Origin: a virus
DNA length: 50,736 nt
IMG/VR virus record: IMGVR_UViG_3300017963_000077
Strand: one strand, 5' to 3'
The position numbers were made by a program, and so were the translations under genes. This document shows, piece by piece, positions 23,120 to 33,148 of this stretch (position 1 is its first letter; each line of letters starts with the position of its first letter). Below the pieces are notes generated by a model that made no database searches, was not told where the DNA came from, and was given only the letters and a program-made list of their open reading frames with translations.

Positions 23120-24386
23120 ATTCTGGATTAAAAATTTAATAAATCCAAAGCCGGTCGTGACATTACAAGGCTATCCGCAAAGTTTTCACTCTAAACATTT
23201 TATTCCCTTGTTAGAAAACAAAGCAAGAATATTGTTACTAATGGGAGGCGCAGGTTCCGGAAAGTCCAGATTTTGTGCTTTAAAAGTATTACATAGAATT
23301 ATATTTGAACAAGAAGGTCAAAGGATATTACTTGTCAGAAAAATTCATAAAAATATACGGCGGTCGTCATGGCAATTAATCAATGACATTATATATTCGT
23401 GGCACTTACGAGATTATTTTACGATTAATAAATCAGAAATGTCGTTGACTTACGAGCCAAACGGAAACCAAATAATTTCTGCAGGAATGGACGATCCTGA
23501 AAAAATAAAAAGTATTGAAAGAATTACGAGCATATGGGCAGAAGAGGCGACAGAACTTACAAGAGACGACTTTATACAACTTGATATAAGAATGCGCGGT
23601 AAGCATCTTGGAATATATAAGCAAATTTTAGCATCGTTTAATCCTATTTCTAAATATCATTGGATTAATGAAGATTTTTTTATTGACAACAAAATATGGG
23701 ACGATTATACAATAAATGTTTCAACGGTCGATAACAATGAATTTATTGATTCTGAATATAAAAAACGTTTAGAATCTTTGAAGCGCATAGATATCAACAA
23801 ATATAATATTTATAGGAATGCCGTTTGGGGGGAATTGCAAGATCAAATATTTTCAAACTTTACATATATTGACAAGTGGGCACCAAAGGGGGAGAAAATT
23901 TATGGATTAGATTTCGGGTTTGTTAATCCGTCTGCATTAATTGAAATTCATGTTAATGAAAATGATATATACATCAGGGAATTGATTTATGAATCTGGAT
24001 TAAAAAATCGGGATTTAATCCGTAAAATGAAGTGGCTTAAAATTAGCAATCAAAAATATATATATGCAGACGCCGCAGAGCCTAACAGGATTGAAGAAAT
24101 ACAAGCCGAAGGTTATAATATACACCCGGCTAAAAAAGATATAATAGCAGGTATCGATTATGTCAAAAGCTTAAATCTGTTAATTGATAGCGAAAGCGTG
24201 AACATCAAAAAAGAAGTTGAAAATTATTCATATAAAAAAGATAAAAATGGAAAGAAATTAGAAGAGCCGGTTAAAGTCTTTGATCACGCAATGGACGCCA
24301 TACGCTATGCTTTATATACTTACTATATGGAAAACCTGGGCTTTGAAGATTATTCCAATTGGGTTGGTTCAGTAATAGAGGATTGA
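23109..24386 (+). CDS. terL: Terminase large subunit (PBSX-like family)
   Basis: Walker A at LLMGGAGSGKS, Walker B-like SIWAEEATE, nuclease-domain GLDFGFVNPSAL ... DHAMDAIRYAL. Confidence 0.9.
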   Translation: MMNKFWIKNLINPKPVVTLQGYPQSFHSKHFIPLLENKARILLLMGGAGSGKSRFCALKVLHRIIFEQEGQRILLVRKIHKNIRRSSWQLINDIIYSWHLRDYFTINKSEMSLTYEPNGNQIISAGMDDPEKIKSIERITSIWAEEATELTRDDFIQLDIRMRGKHLGIYKQILASFNPISKYHWINEDFFIDNKIWDDYTINVSTVDNNEFIDSEYKKRLESLKRIDINKYNIYRNAVWGELQDQIFSNFTYIDKWAPKGEKIYGLDFGFVNPSALIEIHVNENDIYIRELIYESGLKNRDLIRKMKWLKISNQKYIYADAAEPNRIEEIQAEGYNIHPAKKDIIAGIDYVKSLNLLIDSESVNIKKEVENYSYKKDKNGKKLEEPVKVFDHAMDAIRYALYTYYMENLGFEDYSNWVGSVIED

Positions 24387-24388
24387 AA

Positions 24389-24664
24389 ATGTTTAAATAT
24401 TTTATAAGTTATTTTTTTAATAAGCAGATTGTTAACGCCCACATTGTAGGCGGACAGTCTGGTAGTTCTGGCTTTGGCAATATAATTGTTGAATCTAATG
24501 TACTTTTAACCGATAATTATCAAATTAAGCAAGTCGAAAAAGATATTGCTAAACAAAGAAATTATTCTCAGTGTGCAATAGTTAATGTTAATTTTTTAGG
24601 ACAAGCAAATGATTCAGGAAGCGACAAGAAAAGAAGTGTTAAGAGTAGTGACAAAAAACAATGA
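24389..24664 (+). CDS. Hypothetical protein
   Basis: ATG at 24389 behind AGAGGA. 91 aa. The upstream extension overlaps terL. Confidence 0.45.
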   Translation: MFKYFISYFFNKQIVNAHIVGGQSGSSGFGNIIVESNVLLTDNYQIKQVEKDIAKQRNYSQCAIVNVNFLGQANDSGSDKKRSVKSSDKKQ

Positions 24665-24797
24665 ATTAGTAAAAATGTTGTATGAAATTATAAGCAGAAA
24701 AAGCAGATCGAAATTATTTTATAAGAAGGTAAAACTTATATTAATAATGCAGAACCTTAACAATTAATATAATACAAATTATACTTTAGGTTATAAT

Positions 24798-26180
24798 ATG
24801 AAAATACCTTTTACTGACTTACAGATTTCACCGGTTGGTGAAAAACAGCTTAATAGTGAAGACCAATATGTTACTTCACAAACAAAAGAATCAATGGACG
24901 CTAATTATATGACAGAGTTTGGTTCATACAATCCGCTAAAGCACAACATGGGATTATATGAGCTAATAAGAGAATTGATTCCATTCATTGACATTGCAAT
25001 AACTAAACTTTCAAGATTGATTGGAAGCTTTGAAATAATAACAGACGACGAAAACTTAAAAAAAGATATTGATGACTTTAGGACTAATGTTAAAGTTAAC
25101 TGGTTTGAACGTGGACTTGACAAATATATCATGGAACTTGTGGACGCTACTTTAACAAAAGGTGTTGGCTGGGGGGAAATAATACCGACTGAAAGTCTGG
25201 ACAACATTTATAGATTGAAAATGGCAGAAAGTAAAAACTTGCGATTTATTTTTAAAGATGGTAAAATGTTACTTGCCGAAAAATCACAGGATAGCTTGCA
25301 CCCTAAAATATTGCCAAATCAAGATTTATTAACATATGTAAGCTTCAATACAAGAGAGGGACACCCGCAAGGTTATTCGCTTTTATATTCTCTTCCATTT
25401 GTAGCAGAAAACTTTATTAAACTTCATAACGTAATTAGAAATTTATCAGATCGAATCGGAGACCCGATTTTTGTTGTCTGGGTTGAGGGCGCAGCAAACG
25501 AAAAAGGGATGACCTCTGCAAAAAATATTGCATCTGGCCTTGCAACTGAAGTACAAAAAGCAATGAAAGAAAAAAAAGTTGGAAAGTCACGAGATATTTT
25601 TGCAGCTACACCGAACGGGGGTAAAATACATATTGACGTCGTAGGCGCTGACGGTTCAAAATTAATGAATATTGAATTCCCAATGAGATCGACTCAGGAG
25701 CAACTTATGGCAGCAACGCATCTGCCGCCTTTTGTATTCGGAGCGTATAATTGGAATAGTAACTATAAAATGTCACAAGATCAGGTTGATATGCTTATAA
25801 GTCAAATCAATTCTTATAGAGAGTCTTTAAATCCAATTATAGAAAAAATAATCGATTCTTTTTTAATCTATACTGGAAAATACGGGAGTAAATGGAAATT
25901 TGAATGGAATCCTGTTAACATTATGGATGAGGTTGAATTATCAAGAGCGAAATTGAATTTTGCAACGGCAAGCGCAAAAGAAGTGGAAACCTTGTTAAAG
26001 CTTTACGAATTTAACATGCTAAGTGATGACGAGGTGATTGATAGATTAATTGGACTTGGATATGGGACAAAATTGTCCAAACAAGAATTGAAGGACAAAA
26101 TACAAAGCATGAATTATATTCAAAGATCACAAGGTGGGGCGATCAGGGATTTAGTGAGGAGTCTCAAAAATGCAGAATAA
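24798..26180 (+). CDS. Portal protein (positional and size inference)
   Basis: 460 aa, between terL and the MuF-like head morphogenesis gene. Confidence 0.65.
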   Translation: MKIPFTDLQISPVGEKQLNSEDQYVTSQTKESMDANYMTEFGSYNPLKHNMGLYELIRELIPFIDIAITKLSRLIGSFEIITDDENLKKDIDDFRTNVKVNWFERGLDKYIMELVDATLTKGVGWGEIIPTESLDNIYRLKMAESKNLRFIFKDGKMLLAEKSQDSLHPKILPNQDLLTYVSFNTREGHPQGYSLLYSLPFVAENFIKLHNVIRNLSDRIGDPIFVVWVEGAANEKGMTSAKNIASGLATEVQKAMKEKKVGKSRDIFAATPNGGKIHIDVVGADGSKLMNIEFPMRSTQEQLMAATHLPPFVFGAYNWNSNYKMSQDQVDMLISQINSYRESLNPIIEKIIDSFLIYTGKYGSKWKFEWNPVNIMDEVELSRAKLNFATASAKEVETLLKLYEFNMLSDDEVIDRLIGLGYGTKLSKQELKDKIQSMNYIQRSQGGAIRDLVRSLKNAE

Positions 26181-27204
26181 AACAGCATCTATAATTAAGG
26201 GATTGTTGCCGCCACTTGATGAAGCTCAAAATCTATATGAAAAATATTATAAAAATTGTGGGTGTAATAAAGAACATTCTGGATTTAAAGTTGATAATCC
26301 CATTCGGCTTGAACATTATTTAGCATCAAGACAGCATAGAAACGCCCAGGTTCGTAAATACATGAATGAATTTTTTTTAACAATTCAAGAGGGTGTCACG
26401 TCGCTTGAAAAAGAATTGTTATATATTCTTAATCTTCCTGATATTGAGACGACTCGCAACTTTGTATTAGGTGCAGCAGAAAAGCCGAATTTAAGAAAAA
26501 AATTTGAGATCAACAAAAATCAGATTAATGCAATAAAAGAAGAGATTAAAGAAACGCAAAATTATTTTATTGGAAATAAAAACATAAAACAAACTGATAT
26601 AGAAGAAGAAGAAAATCCAGTTTATCAATTTTATATGTTATTATTTTTTGGGATATGGACACGTAAGCAAGTAATGGAATTTATACGACTTGGGAATTCT
26701 GGACTATCAGAAGAACAACTCAGAAACACAATTGTATCGCCGAACTTAAAAAATAAATTTATAAGCGCTGTAATTAACAGAGGTATCAAAAGTATTACAA
26801 ATATGATTGGGAATCCAAAGTATGAATTCATAATAAACGGATTAAAGCGGCACGCTAAAGCAGGCTCTCACCCGTTTGACGTTGCAAAGTGGATACATCA
26901 ATATATTGGTGAAGGTGAACTTTGGAGATGGAACAGAATAGTTCGGTCGGAATCCACACTCGCACTTGAGGCAGCTTACGATGCTCAAAGCAACGCTTCT
27001 GGAATTCAATATGACGAATGGAGTGCAGGCAGCGGCGCTTGTCCAATTTGCAGTTCACTTGATGGCTTAGTTTGGAAAAGAGGCGAGGGCGCTATTCCTG
27101 TTTCAGATACACATCCGCATTGCCTTTGTAGGCGTGTTGGTTATTATTCAACTAATAAAATTATTCAATCACGTTGGGAGGAGCCAAGCCCGTATAAAAA
27201 TTAG
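26170..27204 (+). CDS. Head morphogenesis protein, Mu F / SPP1 gp7 family
   Basis: The C-terminal WSAGSGACPICSSLDGLVW...THPHCLCR is the Phage_Mu_F signature. Confidence 0.8.
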   Translation: MQNKTASIIKGLLPPLDEAQNLYEKYYKNCGCNKEHSGFKVDNPIRLEHYLASRQHRNAQVRKYMNEFFLTIQEGVTSLEKELLYILNLPDIETTRNFVLGAAEKPNLRKKFEINKNQINAIKEEIKETQNYFIGNKNIKQTDIEEEENPVYQFYMLLFFGIWTRKQVMEFIRLGNSGLSEEQLRNTIVSPNLKNKFISAVINRGIKSITNMIGNPKYEFIINGLKRHAKAGSHPFDVAKWIHQYIGEGELWRWNRIVRSESTLALEAAYDAQSNASGIQYDEWSAGSGACPICSSLDGLVWKRGEGAIPVSDTHPHCLCRRVGYYSTNKIIQSRWEEPSPYKN

Positions 27205-27336
27205 TCCATACGAAAAACACTTTTCATGTGGACCAAATAAATAATATATGGGAAAAATAAAAAACATAATATAATATGCAAATTGGCATGCAAAAGAAAA
27301 TTGATTGAAAAACAAATTAAAAAACAGGTCAATTAA

Positions 27337-27519
27337 ATGACAGCAGAAGATTTTAAAAATTTAAACAGATTATTTAAAGCATTAAAATTGTTGTCCAAAA
27401 TACAAGATGAAATATTGGGAAATACACGAGAACAAATTGAGTTAAAAGAAATAACTAAAAAAGTTTTTATTGATCTTGCAATTTATATAAAAAAATATTT
27501 TCCAGAAGTTGAAAAATAA
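27337..27519 (+). CDS. Hypothetical small protein
   Basis: 60-aa ORF, helical and charged. Confidence 0.4.
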   Translation: MTAEDFKNLNRLFKALKLLSKIQDEILGNTREQIELKEITKKVFIDLAIYIKKYFPEVEK

Positions 27520-27543
27520 ATATAATAAGAACGAGGAAATAAA

Positions 27544-27864
27544 ATGGCAATATACAAAGCTGGAAAACTTAAAATAAAAGACCAAGAACACCTTGAGTTA
27601 TTGTTTTATAGATATATCGCCGCGGCCGTATGCTATTACTTAACTTTCAATCCATTCGCAGCATCTTCAATGTTTAGATGCTTTGATGAAATTTCCAATT
27701 GCAAAAAAATAAATATGAGATGGAAAAATAAATATTTTCCGATACAAAACTTAATGAGACTTGAAATGTTTCCACAACATGAAGTGGCTATAAAAAAGTT
27801 ATCTGATAAAAATATTCGGGGCATTGCCAGATCATTAGTAAAATTACACGAACAGGAAAATTGA
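27544..27864 (+). CDS. Hypothetical protein
   Basis: 106-aa ORF with SD GAGGAAA upstream. Confidence 0.5.
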   Translation: MAIYKAGKLKIKDQEHLELLFYRYIAAAVCYYLTFNPFAASSMFRCFDEISNCKKINMRWKNKYFPIQNLMRLEMFPQHEVAIKKLSDKNIRGIARSLVKLHEQEN

Positions 27865-28073
27865 TGAGTAAACCAAGCAGCTGCATAAATTGTATGTATT
27901 GGAATGTAAATAACAAAAGATGCGAAGCAGGTGCATGGCCGGGCGAAGTAGGCGAGCTTGAATATTGCGATTATAGAAGAACTATTTTTGAAATAAGATC
28001 ATTGGGATTGTTGCATTATAACAACGAGATTGGAATCAAAGAAGATAAAGAATTTAAAAATTTAGAAGAATAA
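27864..28073 (+). CDS. Cys-rich mini-protein (CxxC...C...C)
   Basis: ATG at 27864 overlaps the previous TGA (ATGA). Contains CINCMYWNVNNKRCE...YCDY. Confidence 0.5.
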   Translation: MSKPSSCINCMYWNVNNKRCEAGAWPGEVGELEYCDYRRTIFEIRSLGLLHYNNEIGIKEDKEFKNLEE

Positions 28074-28126
28074 AATATGTAACCTTAAATATAATTAATA
28101 GTGTTTTAGTAATATAAGGCATAAAT

Positions 28127-28342
28127 ATGAAACTTTTAAAAAGAGATAAATTGTTCATTTGTAAAAATTGTCTTTACTTTCGCCCGAAGGAAAAAAAGTG
28201 TATAGTTTATAATTTTAGCCGGCTTAATTGTGATTTGGCATGTAAGTCTTTTCTAAATTATTTTGAACTGAAGTTAAAAGAAAAAAAATATAATATATTT
28301 TACAGGTTATTATATTTAATTAGACCTTACATGAGAGGGTAA
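28127..28342 (+). CDS. Cys-rich mini-protein, similar Cys pattern to 27864..28073
   Basis: Contains CKNCLYFRPKEKKC...NCDLAC. 71 aa. Confidence 0.45.
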   Translation: MKLLKRDKLFICKNCLYFRPKEKKCIVYNFSRLNCDLACKSFLNYFELKLKEKKYNIFYRLLYLIRPYMRG

Positions 28343-28345
28343 AAT

Positions 28346-28831
28346 ATGAAATTAAATTTAGGCTGCGGGGAAAATAAAATAGCGGGGTTTATAAATGTTG
28401 ATATAAGAAAAGAAGTAAATCCAGACCAAGTTTGTGATATCAGGAAACTTGAATTTGTAGAAGATAGTTCATGCGAGACAATATATGCGAGCCACGTACT
28501 TGAACACTTTCCAGAATGGCAAGTCAGGCCTATTTTGTATGAATGGAAAAGTAAATTGCAAGAAAGTGGACAGTTAATTCTGGTATTACCAGACTTTGAA
28601 GAAACTTGCAAATATTGTGGAATGGCGTTTGAGTCAAAGCAATATCATAAAGTAAATAGGCATGTTGGAAGCATTTTGGGAAATCAAGATTATCCACAAA
28701 ACTTTCATTTTACTTTGTTTTGGGACAAAAAGATTATTTCGATTCTTAAGGAAGTGGGATTCAGAGCTCCTTTTTGTGAAAAAAAATATATCGATACTTA
28801 CTATTGTTTATATGCAAAAGGAATGAAATGA
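28346..28831 (+). CDS. Class I SAM-dependent methyltransferase (Methyltransf_11-like)
   Basis: MKLNLGCGENKIAGFINVD ... IYASHVLEHF ... GQLILVLPD. Confidence 0.8.
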   Translation: MKLNLGCGENKIAGFINVDIRKEVNPDQVCDIRKLEFVEDSSCETIYASHVLEHFPEWQVRPILYEWKSKLQESGQLILVLPDFEETCKYCGMAFESKQYHKVNRHVGSILGNQDYPQNFHFTLFWDKKIISILKEVGFRAPFCEKKYIDTYYCLYAKGMK

Positions 28832-28986
28832 GAGTATTATGTAAACGATGTATGAAAGTGCATACAATTCCAAAAATAGACGAGAAAACTTTCAAATGCA
28901 AGTGCGGAGCTTCACCGTTTATTTGGGAAGAGAATCAGGAAATCGTAAAACATCTAAAAAATATAATAAAACAAGAGAGGAAATAA
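28828..28986 (+). CDS. Zinc-ribbon mini-protein
   Basis: ATGA overlap with the methyltransferase stop. Contains CKRC...CKC. 52 aa. Confidence 0.5.
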   Translation: MRVLCKRCMKVHTIPKIDEKTFKCKCGASPFIWEENQEIVKHLKNIIKQERK

Positions 28987-28987
28987 T

Positions 28988-29908
28988 ATGTATTTTATTT
29001 GTAAGGAATGTAAAAGGCAAATTTCTATAATGAAATATGATGTTCCTTTTTGGGAAAAGCTCGGCTTTGTGTGCCACAATTGTTATACAATAGTTTCATC
29101 ACACACAAGGAATCCAAAATTAGAAAACAAAACAACAGTTTTCACGGTATCTGGAAAAGCGCTGGGTGATTTCATTAACTTTACAAGTATTAAAAATTAT
29201 TATCCTCAAGATAATCCTGATGAAAAAGTAATATTTTTAACCGACTGGCTGAGTTACGACGATATAATAAGAATATACAATCCCGGAAAAATATTTTGGT
29301 CTAATATTGCTGCTGATCCATATGACTGCTTAACTGACAGATATATCGTTATGAACAAGGAAAAAGCTTACTGGTACAATATGATGAATGAAGTTAGAAA
29401 TTATGCTTCTCAAAATAGATTCCCAATATTGCCATTCCCAATAAGTATTAATCCTTGTATGATACCTAAAGAAAAATATTTTGTAGTTCACTTTAGAAAT
29501 ATTCATGACATTAAAAAGGGCACTGATAAAAATATTAATAAATTTCAAGCTAAAGAAATTATGGATATTTGTTTGTCAACTGGCGCAACATTCGTTTTAA
29601 TTGGAAATGATGAAATATATGATGAAGAGTTATTGGAATGGTGTAACGATAAAGTATTAAACTTAAAACACAAATTAACACTGTCACAAATAAGATATGT
29701 TATAAAACACGCTCAGGGATATGTTGGCTCAGATTCTGGCTTGGCACACCTTGCCGGGACAGTTAATCAAGATATATTTTTATTTAATCAAGTAATAGGC
29801 TGGGAGCCTGTCACAATTAATTCAGATGTTCAGGGGCTACAAAAGCGAGAAATGACGCAGGAAAATATCAACACTTATTTAACTAAATTTATTAAAAATA
29901 GAATGTAA
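28988..29908 (+). CDS. GT9-like (heptosyltransferase-type) glycosyltransferase with N-terminal zinc ribbon
   Basis: CKEC...CHNC at the N-terminus. The C-terminal LTLSQIRYVIKHAQGYVGSDSGLAHLAG matches the GT9 DSG-x-x-HLA motif. Confidence 0.6.
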   Translation: MYFICKECKRQISIMKYDVPFWEKLGFVCHNCYTIVSSHTRNPKLENKTTVFTVSGKALGDFINFTSIKNYYPQDNPDEKVIFLTDWLSYDDIIRIYNPGKIFWSNIAADPYDCLTDRYIVMNKEKAYWYNMMNEVRNYASQNRFPILPFPISINPCMIPKEKYFVVHFRNIHDIKKGTDKNINKFQAKEIMDICLSTGATFVLIGNDEIYDEELLEWCNDKVLNLKHKLTLSQIRYVIKHAQGYVGSDSGLAHLAGTVNQDIFLFNQVIGWEPVTINSDVQGLQKREMTQENINTYLTKFIKNRM

Positions 29909-29973
29909 AAGTTTTTTACATCTTGGATTTAAAATATTAAAATAATAATTTGCAATAAACGTGGAGGAAATTT

Positions 29974-30189
29974 ATGTATTATACATGCAAAAAATGCGGC
30001 ACTATTTTTACAGCATCAAAGTCAGGAAAGACACCGTGCCCAAAATGTAAAAGTAAAAATATAAAACAATATCAAGAAGGCGATAGAAATAAATATATAA
30101 AACCTGAATCAAAGTCAACATTCACAGCTCACAAGCCAAAATCAAAGTTTGGCGATAAAAATCTGATGGACATTCAAAAAGATGCATGA
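29974..30189 (+). CDS. Zinc-ribbon mini-protein with basic tail
   Basis: MYYTCKKCGTIF...CPKCKS. SD GGAGGAAA upstream. Confidence 0.55.
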   Translation: MYYTCKKCGTIFTASKSGKTPCPKCKSKNIKQYQEGDRNKYIKPESKSTFTAHKPKSKFGDKNLMDIQKDA

Positions 30190-31558
30190 ATATAAGTTTT
30201 TATCCGAAACAAGGCGTAGTTATCGCTTCAAATGGCCACGAGGTAAACATCTAAAAGATTCCAACATTAGAGTTGAGGGCGATGTTGTTATTTTCTCAAA
30301 AGATTTGTTTAAAAGCGCAAAATCTGCCGAGGAATTTATTAAAAGCCAAAGCGATACGATACAAGAAAAAAACCTTGTGAGTTCTGAAATTAAAACATTA
30401 GACGTTGAAAAAGAATTTTCAAAATTTGAAAAGTTTTTCACTAAAGATCACGACTTGAAAGCAGGCGACTTTGTTGTGTTTTCTGGGTGGGTGGCAAACA
30501 ATATGATTGATAGAGATACTGAAAGATTTTCTTTACCGGTTCTGAAAAGTTTTGCCAAGACCGCAGTTGGACGCCCGATTATAAAATCACATGACGTACG
30601 GGAGTTTGGAGACGCAAAAATTTACAATGCTCGCATTGAAACCGTTACTTTTGAAGAAGGAATGAAAATGTTGGGGCACGTTCCTTTTAGGGGTTATGCT
30701 GACTTAAGTAAAACAATAGCTCAAAAGGACAAGGGAATTCATTTTTTGGTCGTCGACTATTATATGTTGAAATCAGATACCGACAAGGTGAAACGAATAC
30801 AAGCCGGATTAATTAAAGACATGTCGGTTGGTTTTAGAGCGCCAGTATTAACGCCAATGAATGGCAATGCAGAATCAAGCAAAGACGAAAACGATATATT
30901 ATATTGGGAATATCAAAACTCAAAAGAGAGGGAATCTGAAATATCTGAAATATCGCATGTTTATACTGGGGCACAATACGGAGCTGTAACAAAAAATTTC
31001 AATATTAAAAAAGATTTTAAAACAGAAAGCAAAAAGATGGAAGTAAAATTAACAGCATTAAGTATTTCAAAAGAAATAGATCCAGAAGAAAATTTTGAAA
31101 AATCCGTCAAGGAATTTGCAAACGAAATTGACGAAGCAGTATTGAAAATTCAAAAAGATCAAGACACCGTTAAAATTAGTAACGACGAACTTAAGAATAA
31201 AATCAAAGCTATTGAAAGTGTTTTCGGAGAAGATTATGATCTGGAAACACTCAAAGAAATTAAGAAAAGAGCCGACGAGTATAAGAAAAACCTCGTTGAT
31301 GAATGTATTAAATATAGTGGTTTGCTTGGTATTGTAAAAAAAGAAGACGCTGAAAACAAAAAAGCTTTATACAATACTTTACCAGTGACAGTTATCCAAG
31401 GCATGGTAAACGATTTTAAGACTTTACATAAAAAGCAAAATCCTCCGGCGTCACAAACGGAAGAAAACAATGCCGACAAAAATGCCGCAGAAGACAACGA
31501 TCTTCCAAAGGCAAAAACAATAACAAGACATGATCATAGATACCAAAATGAGGTTTAA
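30182..31558 (+). CDS. Prohead protease (HK97/S78-like) fused to a coiled-coil scaffold-like C-terminal half
   Basis: DMSVGFRAP and surrounding motifs resemble S78 proteases. The C-terminal ~180 aa are Lys/Glu-rich and helical. Sits upstream of the capsid gene. Confidence 0.6.
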   Translation: MHEYKFLSETRRSYRFKWPRGKHLKDSNIRVEGDVVIFSKDLFKSAKSAEEFIKSQSDTIQEKNLVSSEIKTLDVEKEFSKFEKFFTKDHDLKAGDFVVFSGWVANNMIDRDTERFSLPVLKSFAKTAVGRPIIKSHDVREFGDAKIYNARIETVTFEEGMKMLGHVPFRGYADLSKTIAQKDKGIHFLVVDYYMLKSDTDKVKRIQAGLIKDMSVGFRAPVLTPMNGNAESSKDENDILYWEYQNSKERESEISEISHVYTGAQYGAVTKNFNIKKDFKTESKKMEVKLTALSISKEIDPEENFEKSVKEFANEIDEAVLKIQKDQDTVKISNDELKNKIKAIESVFGEDYDLETLKEIKKRADEYKKNLVDECIKYSGLLGIVKKEDAENKKALYNTLPVTVIQGMVNDFKTLHKKQNPPASQTEENNADKNAAEDNDLPKAKTITRHDHRYQNEV

Positions 31559-31561
31559 ATT

Positions 31562-32014
31562 ATGGCACGACGCAGTTTAGGAAATGGAGATCAGGGACCG
31601 CAATTAGATATCGCTCTCGTTCCTGACTCCACTTTTGAAACAGAAATAGCAGCATTAATTGCTGCCGGAACTCAGGTAGCCGGCAAACTTGTCGCTTTAA
31701 CATTCTCAAATAATTACGAATGTACAAGTCCAGCAGCAAACGCAATTCCAATGGGTAAAATCATTGATTGGATTAAAGACCCGGTTTATGGCTATATATT
31801 AACAGTCAGAATGTTTAATTATATAGATCAAAATAACAACAATCATACGGCCGTTAAAATTGTTGAAATTCCGTATGAAGGGACTATTGCGTTACAGGAT
31901 TCAATCATTGTTTATAATTCCGACTACGATTCAGTCGACGACGGCACTTCTGGTGGCTGGGGTGCTGTAATATCAAAAAATACTACATCGGCAAAAGTCG
32001 ACGTCTTAGTTTAG
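31562..32014 (+). CDS. Head accessory protein, possibly DUF2190-like decoration/cement protein
   Basis: 150 aa between protease and capsid. Gly/Val-rich beta pattern (TQVAGKLVAL...MGKIID...GGWGAVIS...KVDVLV). Confidence 0.35.
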   Translation: MARRSLGNGDQGPQLDIALVPDSTFETEIAALIAAGTQVAGKLVALTFSNNYECTSPAANAIPMGKIIDWIKDPVYGYILTVRMFNYIDQNNNNHTAVKIVEIPYEGTIALQDSIIVYNSDYDSVDDGTSGGWGAVISKNTTSAKVDVLV

Positions 32015-32023
32015 GAGCAACAA

Positions 32024-33133
32024 ATGGAAAATACAACTGAAAAACTCAAACAAATATTTAATATTGAAAAGGGCATGTATACAGAAGCTATTAATTCTGG
32101 TAAAACTTTCGGGATGTGGCTGGAAGATTATAGAGTCGACAAGGGCATGGAGCCAACAATTTACCAAGACTTGACAAATTCCGAAGTTCATGCTTTAAAG
32201 AAAAAAATCAAAGCAGCTGGAGAGAAAGTTCCATTAACTACATTTGAAGAAATTTTAAAAGCCTACGATATACGTACTTACGGCCCGCAAACAGATAGAG
32301 TAGAAAAGTTTTTTGCAACAAGTGACACGAGCGTTTTATTTCCTGAATACCTTGCAACTCAAGTATACGCAGGAATAATTCAAGGCGGCCTCGTAGATCA
32401 ATTTATCGCCACCACGACTAATATTTCAGGCGAAGATTTTAGAAAAGTTTATTTGCAAGATGTTGAGACGGAACGTCAATTATCTATTCGTGGCGCAAGC
32501 GGTGAGTTTCCAAGATCACAAATTAAAGTTGGTCGTCAGACGGTTAACTTGGGATATTATGGCAGAGCAGTTGAGTTTTCATATGCCACTATGTCGCAAA
32601 CTCCATTAAACGTCGTTTCAAAAATGATGCAGCGAATTGGCATGCAGATAGATGTTGATGAAACAGACGATATGATTTACACTCTCTTGAATGGTGATGG
32701 AAACAGTAACGGACTTGAGGCAGACCAAACAAAAAATCCAGCGACAACGGCCACAATCACAAAAACAGACGTTATCACTTTTACAAATGCGCTTCCGTCA
32801 GGTTATCAGCTGGATAAATTTGTTGGTCGTGATACATATATTCAAAAATTCTGGGACGCACTGTCTGACATGACGAATCCAATGGCGCAATGGGGTGTGA
32901 CTGGTTTAACTTTACCAATTGGTTATAAATGGGAACGGTCTGTTTTAACGGCAGATTATTTGCTTGGTGTTGACTCGCGCTATGCAGTGGGCAAAATCAC
33001 TAATGATGCCTTAAGCTTAACTGAATCAGATAAAATCATTGACAAGCACCAAGTTTTAACTGTTATATCTAAAAGAACCGCATTCGATATAATTGACCAA
33101 GATGCAATTGGATGCTTAGATTGTGCATTTTAA
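32024..33133 (+). CDS. Major capsid protein (positional and size inference)
   Basis: 369 aa, directly after the protease/scaffold and accessory genes. Confidence 0.65.
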   Translation: MENTTEKLKQIFNIEKGMYTEAINSGKTFGMWLEDYRVDKGMEPTIYQDLTNSEVHALKKKIKAAGEKVPLTTFEEILKAYDIRTYGPQTDRVEKFFATSDTSVLFPEYLATQVYAGIIQGGLVDQFIATTTNISGEDFRKVYLQDVETERQLSIRGASGEFPRSQIKVGRQTVNLGYYGRAVEFSYATMSQTPLNVVSKMMQRIGMQIDVDETDDMIYTLLNGDGNSNGLEADQTKNPATTATITKTDVITFTNALPSGYQLDKFVGRDTYIQKFWDALSDMTNPMAQWGVTGLTLPIGYKWERSVLTADYLLGVDSRYAVGKITNDALSLTESDKIIDKHQVLTVISKRTAFDIIDQDAIGCLDCAF

Positions 33134-33148
33134 AAAGGGAATATTAAT

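Noticed and set aside
28848-29030. 60-aa ORF overlapping the zinc-ribbon gene and the GT9-like gene start in another frame.
   Set aside because: It competes with two better-supported genes (ATGA-coupled 28828..28986, and SD-led 28988..29908). Its product is low-complexity and basic.
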